Source of the DNA: Candidatus Bilamarchaeaceae archaeon
GTDB lineage: Archaea > Micrarchaeota > Micrarchaeia > Anstonellales > Bilamarchaeaceae
Assembly (NCBI GenBank): GCA_038851325.1
Contig: JAWCKZ010000005.1
Span: 1 to 55,779 of the forward strand
Length of the DNA stretch: 55,779 nt
Direction of reading: 5' to 3'
Shown: one piece after another, positions 37,958 through 47,899 of the stretch
How positions within the stretch are numbered: the stretch's first letter is position 1
Layout of the letters: the number at the start of each line of letters is the position of its first letter
Notes under the pieces: generated by a model
The model's database searches: none
Told to the model about the DNA's origin: nothing
The model's input: only the letters and a program-made list of their open reading frames with translations
Program-made: the position numbers and the translations under genes

Positions 37958-38608
37958 TTAAAAAACTGACGCGAGTTCGCGGAGGAACTCCTTTGGATTT
38001 TTAGCTTTTACGAACGCTGAAGCGAGAAGCACACCCTCTGTCCCAAGTTGAAGTGCTCTTTCCACGTCGTTTTTGTCACTTACACCAGCTCCGCATAACA
38101 CTCTCACGTTGGGGTTCACATTTTTAACAATATCAACAGTTCTTGTTATCACTTCTGGTTTAGCTTTTGACACGCTCACACCCTTCCCTATGAGTTCTGG
38201 AGGTTCTATAGCGATGTAGTTTGGAGTTGAGGCAGATAAAGATTCTGCTTCTTCTGGGTTTTCCGCACAAACTACTATTTCTAGTCCAAGAGAATGCGCT
38301 CGCTCAACTGCTTTATAAACAACTTCTCTGCTCACTCTCTTTTCCGAGTGATTTATGAGTGAACCTTTTACTCTTATTTCTTTGAGAAGTTCTGCTGGTA
38401 TACTCCCGGTGTACGCACCTGGTGCAACTGGGTCAAGGTGTTGAGCGTAGACATCAGAGAATCTCTCAACCGCTTCTTTGAGAAACGGTGAAGGAAGAGC
38501 GACCACAATCCTTACTCCAGTCTCACCAACAACCTCACTTGCGATATCGACGAAATAGAGCGGCCTTTTGATCGTTTCTTCGTACGCCTTTAGATTCAAC
38601 AGTATCAT
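37958..38608 (-). CDS. tpiA: Triosephosphate isomerase (archaeal type)
   Basis: NLKAY, NHSEK, IAIEPPELIG, CGAGV, GVLLAS. Confidence 0.95.
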   Translation of the reverse strand: MILLNLKAYEETIKRPLYFVDIASEVVGETGVRIVVALPSPFLKEAVERFSDVYAQHLDPVAPGAYTGSIPAELLKEIRVKGSLINHSEKRVSREVVYKAVERAHSLGLEIVVCAENPEEAESLSASTPNYIAIEPPELIGKGVSVSKAKPEVITRTVDIVKNVNPNVRVLCGAGVSDKNDVERALQLGTEGVLLASAFVKAKNPKEFLRELASVF

Positions 38609-38625
38609 GTGTTACCACCTAGGCA

Positions 38626-38729
38626 TAGCCCCGAGCGGATTCGAACCGCTGTCCTCAGGTCCAGAGCCTGATATCCTATCAGACCATAAGCGTTGGCTTA
38701 TGATCCCTTGACCACTAGACGACGGGGCT
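38626..38729 (-). tRNA. tRNA-Gln(CTG) with 31-nt intron in the D-arm (38676-38706)
   Basis: AGCCCCG TC GTCT AGTGGTCAA G[intron]GAT A TCAGG CTCTGGA CCTGA GGAC AGCGG TTCGAAT CCGCT CGGGGCT A. A1-U72 pair is typical of archaeal tRNA-Gln. Confidence 0.93.
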
Positions 38730-38745
38730 GTTCTCATAACTCTTA

Positions 38746-39507
38746 TCATAAATTATTATTAATCATTCCTGGCAGGCATTTCTGCCTAATCAGTGCTTTA
38801 TGAATTCCGCTTCCATACTGAAGAGCCTTTTTCTTTCTTTTTATCGCTATCTCTGGCACACCCAAAAACGCAGCTGCCTCTCTGAGTACGCCCTTTTTCA
38901 ACTCATACTCTTCCATTCTGAGTTCCAATGGTATCGAAAAAACAAACTGAGCGAGTTTATTGTTATAAAATGGGAATCGTGCCTCTATATCAAAATGTCT
39001 GCAAATTTTTTTTATCCACGCAATCTCTCTGCTTTGAAGCGTTTTGTATTCCTCTTTAAGTAGCTCATCAAGACTTCCACCCTTCTTTGCGTATGTATAG
39101 TACCTTTCATAGCCAACGAAAAGCTCTTCTGAGCCTGATCCGAAAAGCAGCACACCATGACCACGCGCGCGCGCTTCGTTGGCTATTCGATATATCGGAA
39201 CAAGAAGTTCTACTTTTAGAAAAACGTTCGGGCAGAGGTTATAACACTTTCTATACACATCAACAATCTCGTTTTCGTCCATTACGCATTTCACAAGGGG
39301 CAAGTTAAGTAGGGTTGCAACCTTCTCAGCGTATTCCATATCTTGGCAATCTTTAACGCCTGCTGTATAAAGCTCAGTCTTTGCTGCATCCTTCGCAACC
39401 TGTGCAATAAGTGAAGAGTCGATCCCACCTGAGAAGGCGATGGCAACCCTGTCTTCAAGGGCATGTAGAATAGAATCTCTTAAGAGCGAAGATAATTCTG
39501 GAATCAT
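38746..39507 (-). CDS. Asparagine synthase C-terminal (synthetase) domain protein, no glutaminase domain
   Basis: AFSGGIDSS, GSGSEELFVGY, RFPF, KKKALQYGSG. Confidence 0.85.
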   Translation of the reverse strand: MIPELSSLLRDSILHALEDRVAIAFSGGIDSSLIAQVAKDAAKTELYTAGVKDCQDMEYAEKVATLLNLPLVKCVMDENEIVDVYRKCYNLCPNVFLKVELLVPIYRIANEARARGHGVLLFGSGSEELFVGYERYYTYAKKGGSLDELLKEEYKTLQSREIAWIKKICRHFDIEARFPFYNNKLAQFVFSIPLELRMEEYELKKGVLREAAAFLGVPEIAIKRKKKALQYGSGIHKALIRQKCLPGMINNNL

Positions 39508-39625
39508 TTAAACACCAAAAATCGCAGAATTTTATTTGTGCAGTTTATTTTTAATCCTTTATGACTATTGAGTTAATCGCCCCTTGGTCGAATAACCAAA
39601 ACGAAAACATTTCGGTGTAACTTAT

Positions 39626-40768
39626 TTACCTTTGGTCAGACAGAACATCTTTGAAGAATTTTTCATATTGCATGGTAATCTTATCCCAGGAGAAATATTT
39701 CTCAGCCCTTTCCCTTGCTCTCCGCTCCATACTTCTTCTTAGTTTTTCATCATCAAGCAGCAGGGTAATCGCGCTTCTCAGGCCTTCCACATCCCGCGGT
39801 GTTACTGTAAGGCCGGCATCGCCGATTACTTCCGGAAGGCCATGGACATTGCTTGCTACAACTGCTTTGCCGCATGCCATCGCCTCCAACACTGCCATTC
39901 CAAATGTCTCATAAAGCGAGGGTAGCACAAAAACATCAGCAAGATTTATCAAATCAACAAGTTCCTCATCGCTTACTGTTTTTGTTACGAAGATTACATC
40001 CACACCCTCTTTTTTAGCAAGCGCCTTCAGCTCGTTCTCAAGCGGTCCCCGCCCAAAGATAACAAGCTGCGCATTCACACCCTTCATCGCTTTGATAAGA
40101 TATTCAAACCCTTTTTGCCTCACGAGCCTGCCGTTTGAGAGCACAATTAGTTTATCTCTAGGTATCTCCAACCATCCATTCGTGTGTTTTTTTCCTCTAA
40201 AAATTTTTGTGTCAACGCCATTCCATACAATTCTTTTCAGACCAGTATAATCTGGAACGCTCATATCAAGAGCTGCCTTTGTTATTCCTGTTATGCCTGA
40301 AATGTACCGGTAGGAGAGCCGCAACAGAATTCGATCGTGGAGAAAGCCGCCAACGTCTGTTAGAAAGTCGATATTCTGGGGGGTTGCGTTATGGATGGTG
40401 AGACTAACAGGTTTAAATCCCGCAAGATGTCTTATCTGCGGATAGGAAAATATGAAGCGATTGTTGACATGAAGGGCATCGACATGCTTTGAAAAGTCTC
40501 TTGTGCTTTCTCTGAACCTCCTGAACATAGGAAACGGTGGTATAAGCGGTGGGGGGGCATTCCACACAATATGAGCATCTATGCGCTCAACATTCATTCC
40601 CTTGATCTCTTCCTGCTCCTTAAGTTTGTCCTTGTGCTTTGCAGCATACACATGAATCTCGTGGCCTCTTTTTACCATCCTCCATCCGATTTCATATAGT
40701 ACCTTTTCCGTGCCGCCCATAAACGGATAGAAGAATGGATTGAGAAATCCTATCCTGAGTGTTTCCAA
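39626..40768 (-). CDS. Glycosyltransferase family 4
   Basis: GGTE, GRLVRQKG, ETFGMAVLEAMACG; TTG start after SD GGTGA. Confidence 0.92.
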   Translation of the reverse strand: METLRIGFLNPFFYPFMGGTEKVLYEIGWRMVKRGHEIHVYAAKHKDKLKEQEEIKGMNVERIDAHIVWNAPPPLIPPFPMFRRFRESTRDFSKHVDALHVNNRFIFSYPQIRHLAGFKPVSLTIHNATPQNIDFLTDVGGFLHDRILLRLSYRYISGITGITKAALDMSVPDYTGLKRIVWNGVDTKIFRGKKHTNGWLEIPRDKLIVLSNGRLVRQKGFEYLIKAMKGVNAQLVIFGRGPLENELKALAKKEGVDVIFVTKTVSDEELVDLINLADVFVLPSLYETFGMAVLEAMACGKAVVASNVHGLPEVIGDAGLTVTPRDVEGLRSAITLLLDDEKLRRSMERRARERAEKYFSWDKITMQYEKFFKDVLSDQR

Positions 40769-40848
40769 CTACTCACCATAAAAATTTCAGCGCGTTCCTT
40801 CTTATTTTCCTCGTTCACGGTATAAAAATGTTTCTTTGGCACAACGAC

Positions 40849-41337
40849 TTAAACTCTCATATTTTTTCTTTCACTCAATTTCATGAAGCCTATGCTAATA
40901 AGTATTGCCGGAAGGAGTCCGGATGGGCCGCTACAGGCGGCCTCAGTCTCGCCACAGTTTATGGCAGCGTTTCTAATACACAAATCAGATTCGGTATAGC
41001 ACGCCGCAACATCCTCGTCGTTGCAATCTTGTTTGTCATTTCCGCTGCTCGTTTCAGCGAGGCATGCTCTTAAACCTTCAGCGCATTCGTCAACTTTCGG
41101 GCATTGCCCAGCAGCATACTTACTGCTCATTATGGGGTAGGTACTGCTTATGCAACTAATACCAGAACGTTTGTAGTTTTCGTAGCAGGTTTGATCCATT
41201 TTTCCATTCGTATCGAACGGGCAATTCGCACATGCCGCGCGGTATGCCTTGATAGAGCACTCTGCACCCCATCCTACTCCTGCGAGTAATGCAATGCAAA
41301 TGAGCAGGAAAACACCACAAAAAATGCGTCTGTCCAT
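40849..41337 (-). CDS. Small Cys-rich secreted protein with C-terminal membrane anchor
   Basis: Signal peptide, 13 Cys after it, then CSGP-hydrophobic-KLSERK tail. Confidence 0.75.
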   Translation of the reverse strand: MDRRIFCGVFLLICIALLAGVGWGAECSIKAYRAACANCPFDTNGKMDQTCYENYKRSGISCISSTYPIMSSKYAAGQCPKVDECAEGLRACLAETSSGNDKQDCNDEDVAACYTESDLCIRNAAINCGETEAACSGPSGLLPAILISIGFMKLSERKNMRV

Positions 41338-41389
41338 GAATAGATTCCTTCCCTAAGTATTTAAATCTTTCCCATCAAACTCCTTACTC

Positions 41390-41800
41390 ATGGATTCTGA
41401 ATATGAGAGACTACTGAGTGAACTTTACAGCAAGCTTCCAGAGAAAATAAAACCAAGCGAGCGGTTTGAGCCACCGCGATTTGAACATTTTGTTGAGGGC
41501 AATAAGACTGTGATAAAGAATTTCAAAGCAGTATGCGAAAAGCTTAGAAGAAACGCAGCGCTGCTTACAAAATTTCTTTCCAAGGAACTTGCGGTACCAG
41601 CAGAGTTACAGGGAGAGCGCCTTGTCCTTCAGCGAAGGGTATCGGGCGACATACTGGATAAGAAACTGGAAGAATTTATTAGCAAATATGTGATATGTAA
41701 GGAATGTAAAAGGCCAGATACTCATATCGAAGATGTTGGGAGAGGCCTTCGGATACTTGTGTGTGAAAGTTGTGGTGCGAGAACGCCAATCAGAGAGTAG
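41390..41800 (+). CDS. eif2b: Translation initiation factor aIF2 beta
   Basis: ERFEPP, GNKTVIKNF, Zn finger CKEC...CESCG. Confidence 0.95.
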   Translation: MDSEYERLLSELYSKLPEKIKPSERFEPPRFEHFVEGNKTVIKNFKAVCEKLRRNAALLTKFLSKELAVPAELQGERLVLQRRVSGDILDKKLEEFISKYVICKECKRPDTHIEDVGRGLRILVCESCGARTPIRE

Positions 41801-41808
41801 GTGATGGG

Positions 41809-42093
41809 TTGGAAGAACAGCAGGAGGAGGTTCGTTTAAGATTGCCACGAAAGAGCGAGGTTATAGGTCTTGTGGTAGCAGTCGTTGGTGGAAGCAGGAT
41901 GCGGGTAGCGTGCAGGGATGGGAAGGAGCGGATTTGCCGGATTCCAGGACGGTTGAAGAACACCATGTGGGTAAGAGAGGGAGATGTGGTGATAGTCGAA
42001 CCTTGGGAAATAGAAGGGGATAAGAAGGGAGACATTGTATGGAGATACACCCCGCTGCAAGCGAGCATGTTGAAGCAGAAGGGTTATATATAG
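41809..42093 (+). CDS. eif1a: Translation initiation factor aIF1A
   Basis: RICRIPGRL, WVREGDVVIV, KGDIVWRY; TTG 41809 after SD AGGTGAT. Confidence 0.93.
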   Translation: MEEQQEEVRLRLPRKSEVIGLVVAVVGGSRMRVACRDGKERICRIPGRLKNTMWVREGDVVIVEPWEIEGDKKGDIVWRYTPLQASMLKQKGYI

Positions 42094-42112
42094 ATTATCC
42101 TTTTAATTCAAC

Positions 42113-42859
42113 ATGGCAAAAAGGCCGTCAAAGAGAAAGCTGCCGCCAAAGGACGAATTCCTTTTGAAGGAGAGAAGCAAAATAGAGAGCGAGGTATTTG
42201 ATAAGAAGACGTTGCTTATTTTGGCCAGACTTATAAAAAAAGGTATAATTGCAACTATAGATTTTCCAGTATCAACAGGAAAGGAAGCAGATGTCTTTAG
42301 AGCGACGACACCTGAGGGTACGTATGTTGCCGTTAAGATATACAAAATAGAAACCGCACCATTTCTCAGGCGGCTTGCCTATATAGAGGGCGACCCGCGA
42401 TTTAAGGATATAAAAAAGAGCGAGAGGGCTTTTGTGTCTCTTTTTGCACGCAAGGAGTTCAAGAATCTTGAGATCTGCGAGCGCGCGCATGTACATGCGC
42501 CCAAACCTATTTTTCTTTTAGAGAACGTTATCGTAATGGAATTCGTAGGAAAGGGTGGACTACCATATCCGACGATGAATGTTGCAGGGCCACGCGGAGA
42601 GCAAGACCTTAACTCCATACTTTTGGACATCAAAAAGATGTATCGCGCTGGGCTTGTTCACGCGGACGTAAGCGAATACAATATAATTCTCGCCGAGGAT
42701 GCACCCTATCTTATAGATTTTGGACAGGGTGTAACAGTTGAACACCCAAAGGCCGCCGAGTTCCTTGAACGAGATATTAGAAATATCCTTGGCTATTTCG
42801 AGAAATTCGGGATAACGCGTAGTTTGGAAAAAACAATCGAATGGATCAGAGAGCGCTAG
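42113..42859 (+). CDS. rio1: RIO1 kinase
   Basis: STGKEADV, AVKIY, VHADVSEYN, IDFGQ; follows aIF1A. Confidence 0.94.
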   Translation: MAKRPSKRKLPPKDEFLLKERSKIESEVFDKKTLLILARLIKKGIIATIDFPVSTGKEADVFRATTPEGTYVAVKIYKIETAPFLRRLAYIEGDPRFKDIKKSERAFVSLFARKEFKNLEICERAHVHAPKPIFLLENVIVMEFVGKGGLPYPTMNVAGPRGEQDLNSILLDIKKMYRAGLVHADVSEYNIILAEDAPYLIDFGQGVTVEHPKAAEFLERDIRNILGYFEKFGITRSLEKTIEWIRER

Positions 42860-42871
42860 GTTTGCAAACTT

Positions 42872-44569
42872 CTACATTACGCCTGGCGCTTCTATACCAA
42901 GCAGGTGCAATGCGTTCTTGAGGGTCTGATTAGCGCACATTACAATAGCAAGCCTTGTTTCACGCTCTTCTTTTGTTTCAGCATTTAGGACTCTTGTTGT
43001 TGTGTAGAATTTGTTCAACTCGGTAGCAAGGTCTAGTAGGTAATCACACAACACGTGAGGTGAAAGCGAAGACGCGGCACTTTTCACAATTTCTGGAAAA
43101 GAATACATTCTTTTTATGAGTCTTTTTTCGTCTTCAGTGAATACGTATTCTTTACTTATGCCGTGCGTGTACCCTGCCTTTCTAATTATGCCGCATGTAC
43201 GTACATAGGCGTATTGAAGATATGGTCCGGTATCACCTTCAAGACTTAGGGCTTCATCCCAATCAAAAACAATCGCTCTATTACTCTCTCTTCGTACCAT
43301 GGAAAATTTTATCGCAGCAAGCGCTACTTTCAATGCGATCTCCTTCACCTTTTCCTCATTCCAATCTGCGTGCCTTTTTTTCACTTCTGCCTCAACGATA
43401 TCGAGCATCTTTCTTTTTAAGTCCTCATAGAGCACCATCGTTCCTTCACGGGATGACATCTTACCCTCCGGCAGCATAACAAGCTCGTATACCAAATGGT
43501 AGGAAACCTCAGCTATCCTGCTCATACCCGCGCGCTCGAATATTTTGAAGAGTTGCTTGAAGTAGAGTTCTTGTTCTTTCCCTACAACGTAGATACTTCT
43601 ATGAAGGTCTTTGTACTTATCAAATTTTAGCTTTGCTAAACCTAGGTCTTTTGCGTGGTAGAGAGGATAGCCTTCTTTTGTGAGAAGTACTGCAACGCCA
43701 AGGTTCTCATCTCTTAAGTCTACGATAACAGCCCCTTGGTCAATCTTTGCTACCCCACGCTCAAGCAGTTCCAGAGAAATTTTTTTTCCTATGCTTTCAG
43801 TTTGACTTTCAAAATAGAATTCATCAAATCGCACGCCAAACTCTTTATAAAACTTAGCGAAATCCTCGAGACACCATTCCCTTGTTCTCTTCCATATTTC
43901 CGTTATACCTTTATCACGAGCATAGAGCTTTAGATTTATTTCCTGTATTTGTTTTTCTATTTCCTGGTTCTCCTCCGCCTTTCTTGACGTCTCAGCATAA
44001 ACCTTTCCAAGCCATACCCCTCTGTGTTCTTCAGGGGGATTTTCGTGATAGAGATTTATGAATCCCCATAAGCATTTTGCAACATGTGGTCCTATATCCC
44101 CCTGGTAATTCGCACGGATAACCTTATTTCCAGAAAACTCGAGGAGTCTGCAGATAGCTTCTCCCAAAGATATGTTGCGGATGTGACCTATATGCGTTCC
44201 TTTGTGTGTGTTTGCATCAAAGTATTCCACCATTATCTTCTTTCCGGTCCGTTTTCCCTTTCCGAATTTATCCCCGTCTTTCAACATTCTTTTTATCGCA
44301 TTTGCATAAAAGAGGTCAGAAAAGTAAAAATTTATGTAAGGGCCAACAGCCTCCACCCTTGAGAAGTTCTTGCTTTTTTTCATCCGTCTCACTATCTCCT
44401 TTGCAGTATCTGCAGGGTTTCTTCCTTGCCTCTTTGCTATGCTAAAGGCTATTGTTGAACTTATATCTCCTATCTTCTTTGAGAGCTCAGTTGTTGCGCT
44501 TGCTTCCTCGAGACTGCAGCCTGTCGCCTCTGCTATTAGCGCTGCTGCTTCTTCGATGATCTTTTTCAT
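42872..44569 (-). CDS. argS: Arginyl-tRNA synthetase
   Basis: HIGHIRN, KMSSREG, GDTGPYLQYAYVR. Confidence 0.96.
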   Translation of the reverse strand: MKKIIEEAAALIAEATGCSLEEASATTELSKKIGDISSTIAFSIAKRQGRNPADTAKEIVRRMKKSKNFSRVEAVGPYINFYFSDLFYANAIKRMLKDGDKFGKGKRTGKKIMVEYFDANTHKGTHIGHIRNISLGEAICRLLEFSGNKVIRANYQGDIGPHVAKCLWGFINLYHENPPEEHRGVWLGKVYAETSRKAEENQEIEKQIQEINLKLYARDKGITEIWKRTREWCLEDFAKFYKEFGVRFDEFYFESQTESIGKKISLELLERGVAKIDQGAVIVDLRDENLGVAVLLTKEGYPLYHAKDLGLAKLKFDKYKDLHRSIYVVGKEQELYFKQLFKIFERAGMSRIAEVSYHLVYELVMLPEGKMSSREGTMVLYEDLKRKMLDIVEAEVKKRHADWNEEKVKEIALKVALAAIKFSMVRRESNRAIVFDWDEALSLEGDTGPYLQYAYVRTCGIIRKAGYTHGISKEYVFTEDEKRLIKRMYSFPEIVKSAASSLSPHVLCDYLLDLATELNKFYTTTRVLNAETKEERETRLAIVMCANQTLKNALHLLGIEAPGVM

Positions 44570-47454
44570 GGTATCCCTTTTGCGTAAGCGTTCTTGAGCT
44601 TTTCGATTTCTTCATTCACCAAAATACTTTCTCCTCGTTTTATCAGCAAGCGCTTGTCGCCGCGTACTCTACCAGCACGTGCAAACATTCTGCGTGTTAT
44701 TTGCTCAAACCTTTCAGCATTTTCAGGGTGGACACTTACTACGAATCGGCCAGGGGTTTCTGAAAAAAGAAGAGCGCTCTCATTCGCGGTTTCAGCTCTT
44801 ATTTTTTGAATGTCGAGTTCGGCACCAACTCCACATCCAATGGCGCATTCAGCGAACGCGACTGCAAGGCCGCCATCTGAAACATCATGCGCGGATGAAA
44901 CAAGCCCCTCTTCAATTGCATCAGAGAGGCATCTGTAGACAAGTGTGTGTTCGGTTGGTTTTACCGCGGGCAGATTATTGCCCACTCCTCCAAAAAGACG
45001 ATAATATTCACTTCCACCCATTTCGCCGCGCGTCGTTCCAAGCACATAAATGATATCGCCAGGCCTCTTGAATTCAGAACTTATCGCTCTTTCTACATTG
45101 TTTATCTTTCCTATAATGGTAATGAGCAACGTTGGTGGAATTGAGTATTTTCTTTCTCCATCGTAGTAATCATTCTTCATGCTATCCTTTCCGGATACGA
45201 ATGGAATTCCATAGTTTATCGCGCACTCGTAAAGGCCCAGGCAAGCACGCACAAGTTGGCCAAGCTTGTATTCTCCATCAGGTGTTCTTTCTGATTGGAT
45301 TGGGTCTGGCCAGGAGAAGTTATCAAGCGCGGCAAGATAACCAAATCGCGCCCCGACTGCAAGCGCATTTCGTACTGCCTCATCAAAGGCCATGGTTGCC
45401 ATAACATAGCTGTCCTGTACATACTTTGGACATATTCCATGCGCTATTACAATCCCTTCATTGCTGTCATATAAGGGTTTTATGACCGCCCCATCTGATG
45501 GACCGAACATTATTGGTTTTATTACGCTTCCTCCCTTTACCTCGTGGTCATACCTTCGTATGACTGACTCTCGTGTTGTTATGTTTGCCGAAGAAAGAAG
45601 AGCCATAAGAATCTTTCCAGGTTCCATTTCTGTTATTCTGGGTTCAGGGAAGAGAAGTCTCTTCCATTCCGCTTTCAACGTCATCTGTGGTACTCCTTCG
45701 TGAAGGAATTCCATGTCAAGATAGGCAACTGTTTGCTCGCCATACAGCACATGAAATTTTCCGCTGTTTGTGAATTTGCCAACAACTGTTATCTCTACCG
45801 CATGTTTGTTTGCGATAGCCTTAAGCTTTTCAAGATTTTCTTGCGGGACTGCGAGCACCATTCTTTCCTGAGATTCAGAAAGGAGTATCTCCCATGGATC
45901 AAGCCCAGCGTACTTGAGCGGGCATCTGTCGAGATATATTTCGCATCCTCCAGAGAGTCTGCTCAACTCTCCTATACTGGATGAAAGCCCTCCTGCACCG
46001 CAATCTGTTATTGCCTCATAAAGCCCTTCATCTCTTGCTTCCAGCACAAAGTCCAACATCTTCTTCTGCGTTATTGGATCCCCTATCTGAACAACTGACT
46101 GAGGGACACTTTCATCTATTTGTTGAGAAGAAAAAGTCGCACCGTGTATGCCGTCCTTGCCTATCCTTCCTCCGACCATTACTGCGAGATAGCCTGGTTC
46201 TATTTTCTTTTCACTTGTTCTTCTTCCTCTTATTATCGAAGGCATAATTCCGACTGTTCCAGCGTACACAAGCGGTCTACATACGAATCCTTCGTGGAAT
46301 ACTATTGAACCATTCACAGTTGGGATGCCCATCTTGTTGCCACCATCTTCTATCCCTTTTATAACGCCTTCGTATATCACTCTGGGCAAAAGAACCCCTT
46401 TCGGCACCTCTTTTGTTTCAAGTGGTCCAAAACAGAGAACATCAATATTGGCTATTGGATTTGCGCCCAATCCTGCGCCCAGTACATCTCTTTGGACACC
46501 GAGGATGCCAGTAAGCGCACCGCCGTACGGGTCAAGAGCAGATGGTGCGTTGTGCGTTTCGACCTTCACCGCAATATCATATTCATGATTGAATTTTATT
46601 ATTCCTGCGTTATCCTTGAAAACGCTGACAATAAAAGGTTTTTTTGTCTGCTCTGTTGCGCCTCTTATAAAAGTCTCAAAGATAGAGTTGATTGCATGCT
46701 TCTCTCCATTCTCTTTGTATGTTATCCTAGCATTGAAGATTTTGTGTTTGCAATGCTCGCTCCATGTTTGAGCAATTGCTTCAAGCTCAACATCTGTTAT
46801 TTTATTGCTTAGCCCTACCTTTTCTCTTTCTTTTATGAATTGTTCGTTTTTAAAGTACCTTTTTATAGCCTTAAATTCCTCGTCGGAGAGCGCAAGCAAC
46901 CTTTGTTTTGCGAGCTGCGCGAACCGTTCGCTTGACATGTGAAGGGATATCCTTTCGACATTTGGCTCATGTTTTAACAGAACTTTTGGGAGGTATGGGG
47001 TAGGCGTCTCTCCTGGTTTGTGGATTATTGTTTTTTCAACTAGGGGATTATGAAGAATCTTTGCTATCCTTGTGCATTCTTCTTCACTTAGGTTGCCGCT
47101 TATGGCGCACATTCGCGTGTAATATATATCATAATCCTTTCCAGTTTTCTCCCTAACTGCCTCTCGCGCTGTCTTTCCTACGTTATCAGTTACTCCTGGT
47201 AAAAAGCCAATCTCAATCCTCCATCTTTCTTTGAAGAGAGGTTTTCCAGTATATTTCTGTACAACCTGATCAAGAAAAACACTTCTTGCAAGTTCGTCGA
47301 GTTCTTCGTTCGAGACTTCTCCATCAAAATTATAGACCTCGCAGAAATTAACGTTTGTCTCTATACCGATTTCATTCCTTATTTTGTCAGCTATTTTTGT
47401 GCCTATAGTATCCTTCACACCTTCGTTCAGCGTGAGCTCTATTCTACCCGGCAT
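44566..47454 (-). CDS. purL: FGAM synthase PurL with fused N-terminal PurS-like repeats
   Basis: WSEHCKH, KVETHNAPS, DGIHGA, DCGAGG, SESQER, SGKDS, HDVSDGG; no glutaminase domain. Confidence 0.93.
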   Translation of the reverse strand: MPGRIELTLNEGVKDTIGTKIADKIRNEIGIETNVNFCEVYNFDGEVSNEELDELARSVFLDQVVQKYTGKPLFKERWRIEIGFLPGVTDNVGKTAREAVREKTGKDYDIYYTRMCAISGNLSEEECTRIAKILHNPLVEKTIIHKPGETPTPYLPKVLLKHEPNVERISLHMSSERFAQLAKQRLLALSDEEFKAIKRYFKNEQFIKEREKVGLSNKITDVELEAIAQTWSEHCKHKIFNARITYKENGEKHAINSIFETFIRGATEQTKKPFIVSVFKDNAGIIKFNHEYDIAVKVETHNAPSALDPYGGALTGILGVQRDVLGAGLGANPIANIDVLCFGPLETKEVPKGVLLPRVIYEGVIKGIEDGGNKMGIPTVNGSIVFHEGFVCRPLVYAGTVGIMPSIIRGRRTSEKKIEPGYLAVMVGGRIGKDGIHGATFSSQQIDESVPQSVVQIGDPITQKKMLDFVLEARDEGLYEAITDCGAGGLSSSIGELSRLSGGCEIYLDRCPLKYAGLDPWEILLSESQERMVLAVPQENLEKLKAIANKHAVEITVVGKFTNSGKFHVLYGEQTVAYLDMEFLHEGVPQMTLKAEWKRLLFPEPRITEMEPGKILMALLSSANITTRESVIRRYDHEVKGGSVIKPIMFGPSDGAVIKPLYDSNEGIVIAHGICPKYVQDSYVMATMAFDEAVRNALAVGARFGYLAALDNFSWPDPIQSERTPDGEYKLGQLVRACLGLYECAINYGIPFVSGKDSMKNDYYDGERKYSIPPTLLITIIGKINNVERAISSEFKRPGDIIYVLGTTRGEMGGSEYYRLFGGVGNNLPAVKPTEHTLVYRCLSDAIEEGLVSSAHDVSDGGLAVAFAECAIGCGVGAELDIQKIRAETANESALLFSETPGRFVVSVHPENAERFEQITRRMFARAGRVRGDKRLLIKRGESILVNEEIEKLKNAYAKGIP

Positions 47455-47484
47455 GTGCTATATCCTCAAAAAAGATTTAATATC

Positions 47485-47748
47485 CTATTTCTTGACCGCT
47501 ATTTCAGGCTCTATTCTTCGCCATGAGCCATTCATGTAATGCCATAGCTGTTTTGTTGTTGAGTCGTAGACGAGGTTGAATTTTGAGGCGACTTCAATTG
47601 GCCTATCTATTTCAATCAGAGGAAATCTGCGCATCCACGGGATCTCATCACGAAAAGGATTGCGCTCAATAACATAGATTCGTCCTTTCTCCTTCTTTAT
47701 CCTCTCGCACCATGCGACTACTTTTTCTATTTCCTCTTTGGTAGGCAT
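47485..47748 (-). CDS. Hypothetical protein (87 aa)
   Basis: Clean ORF with TATA-like TTTAAA ~25 nt upstream; protein-like composition. Confidence 0.65.
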   Translation of the reverse strand: MPTKEEIEKVVAWCERIKKEKGRIYVIERNPFRDEIPWMRRFPLIEIDRPIEVASKFNLVYDSTTKQLWHYMNGSWRRIEPEIAVKK

Positions 47749-47899
47749 GTTGGCTAATTACATTTCATCTTTAAAAACATGCAGCAGGACTCAATCAAAC
47801 TGTCTTTCTATCCTGAGTTCTTTCAGGAGGCTATCGAATTCCTTTGCGACTTCTTTCCTGTTCATCGAATACCACACAAATAAGGAAACTAACTTTATG

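Noticed and set aside
39561..39620. 19-codon ORF and two tiny hairpins (TTGGT/ACCAA, CGAAA/TTTCG) in the intergenic gap
   Set aside because: Five-bp stems and a short ORF are expected by chance; no C/D boxes or other support.
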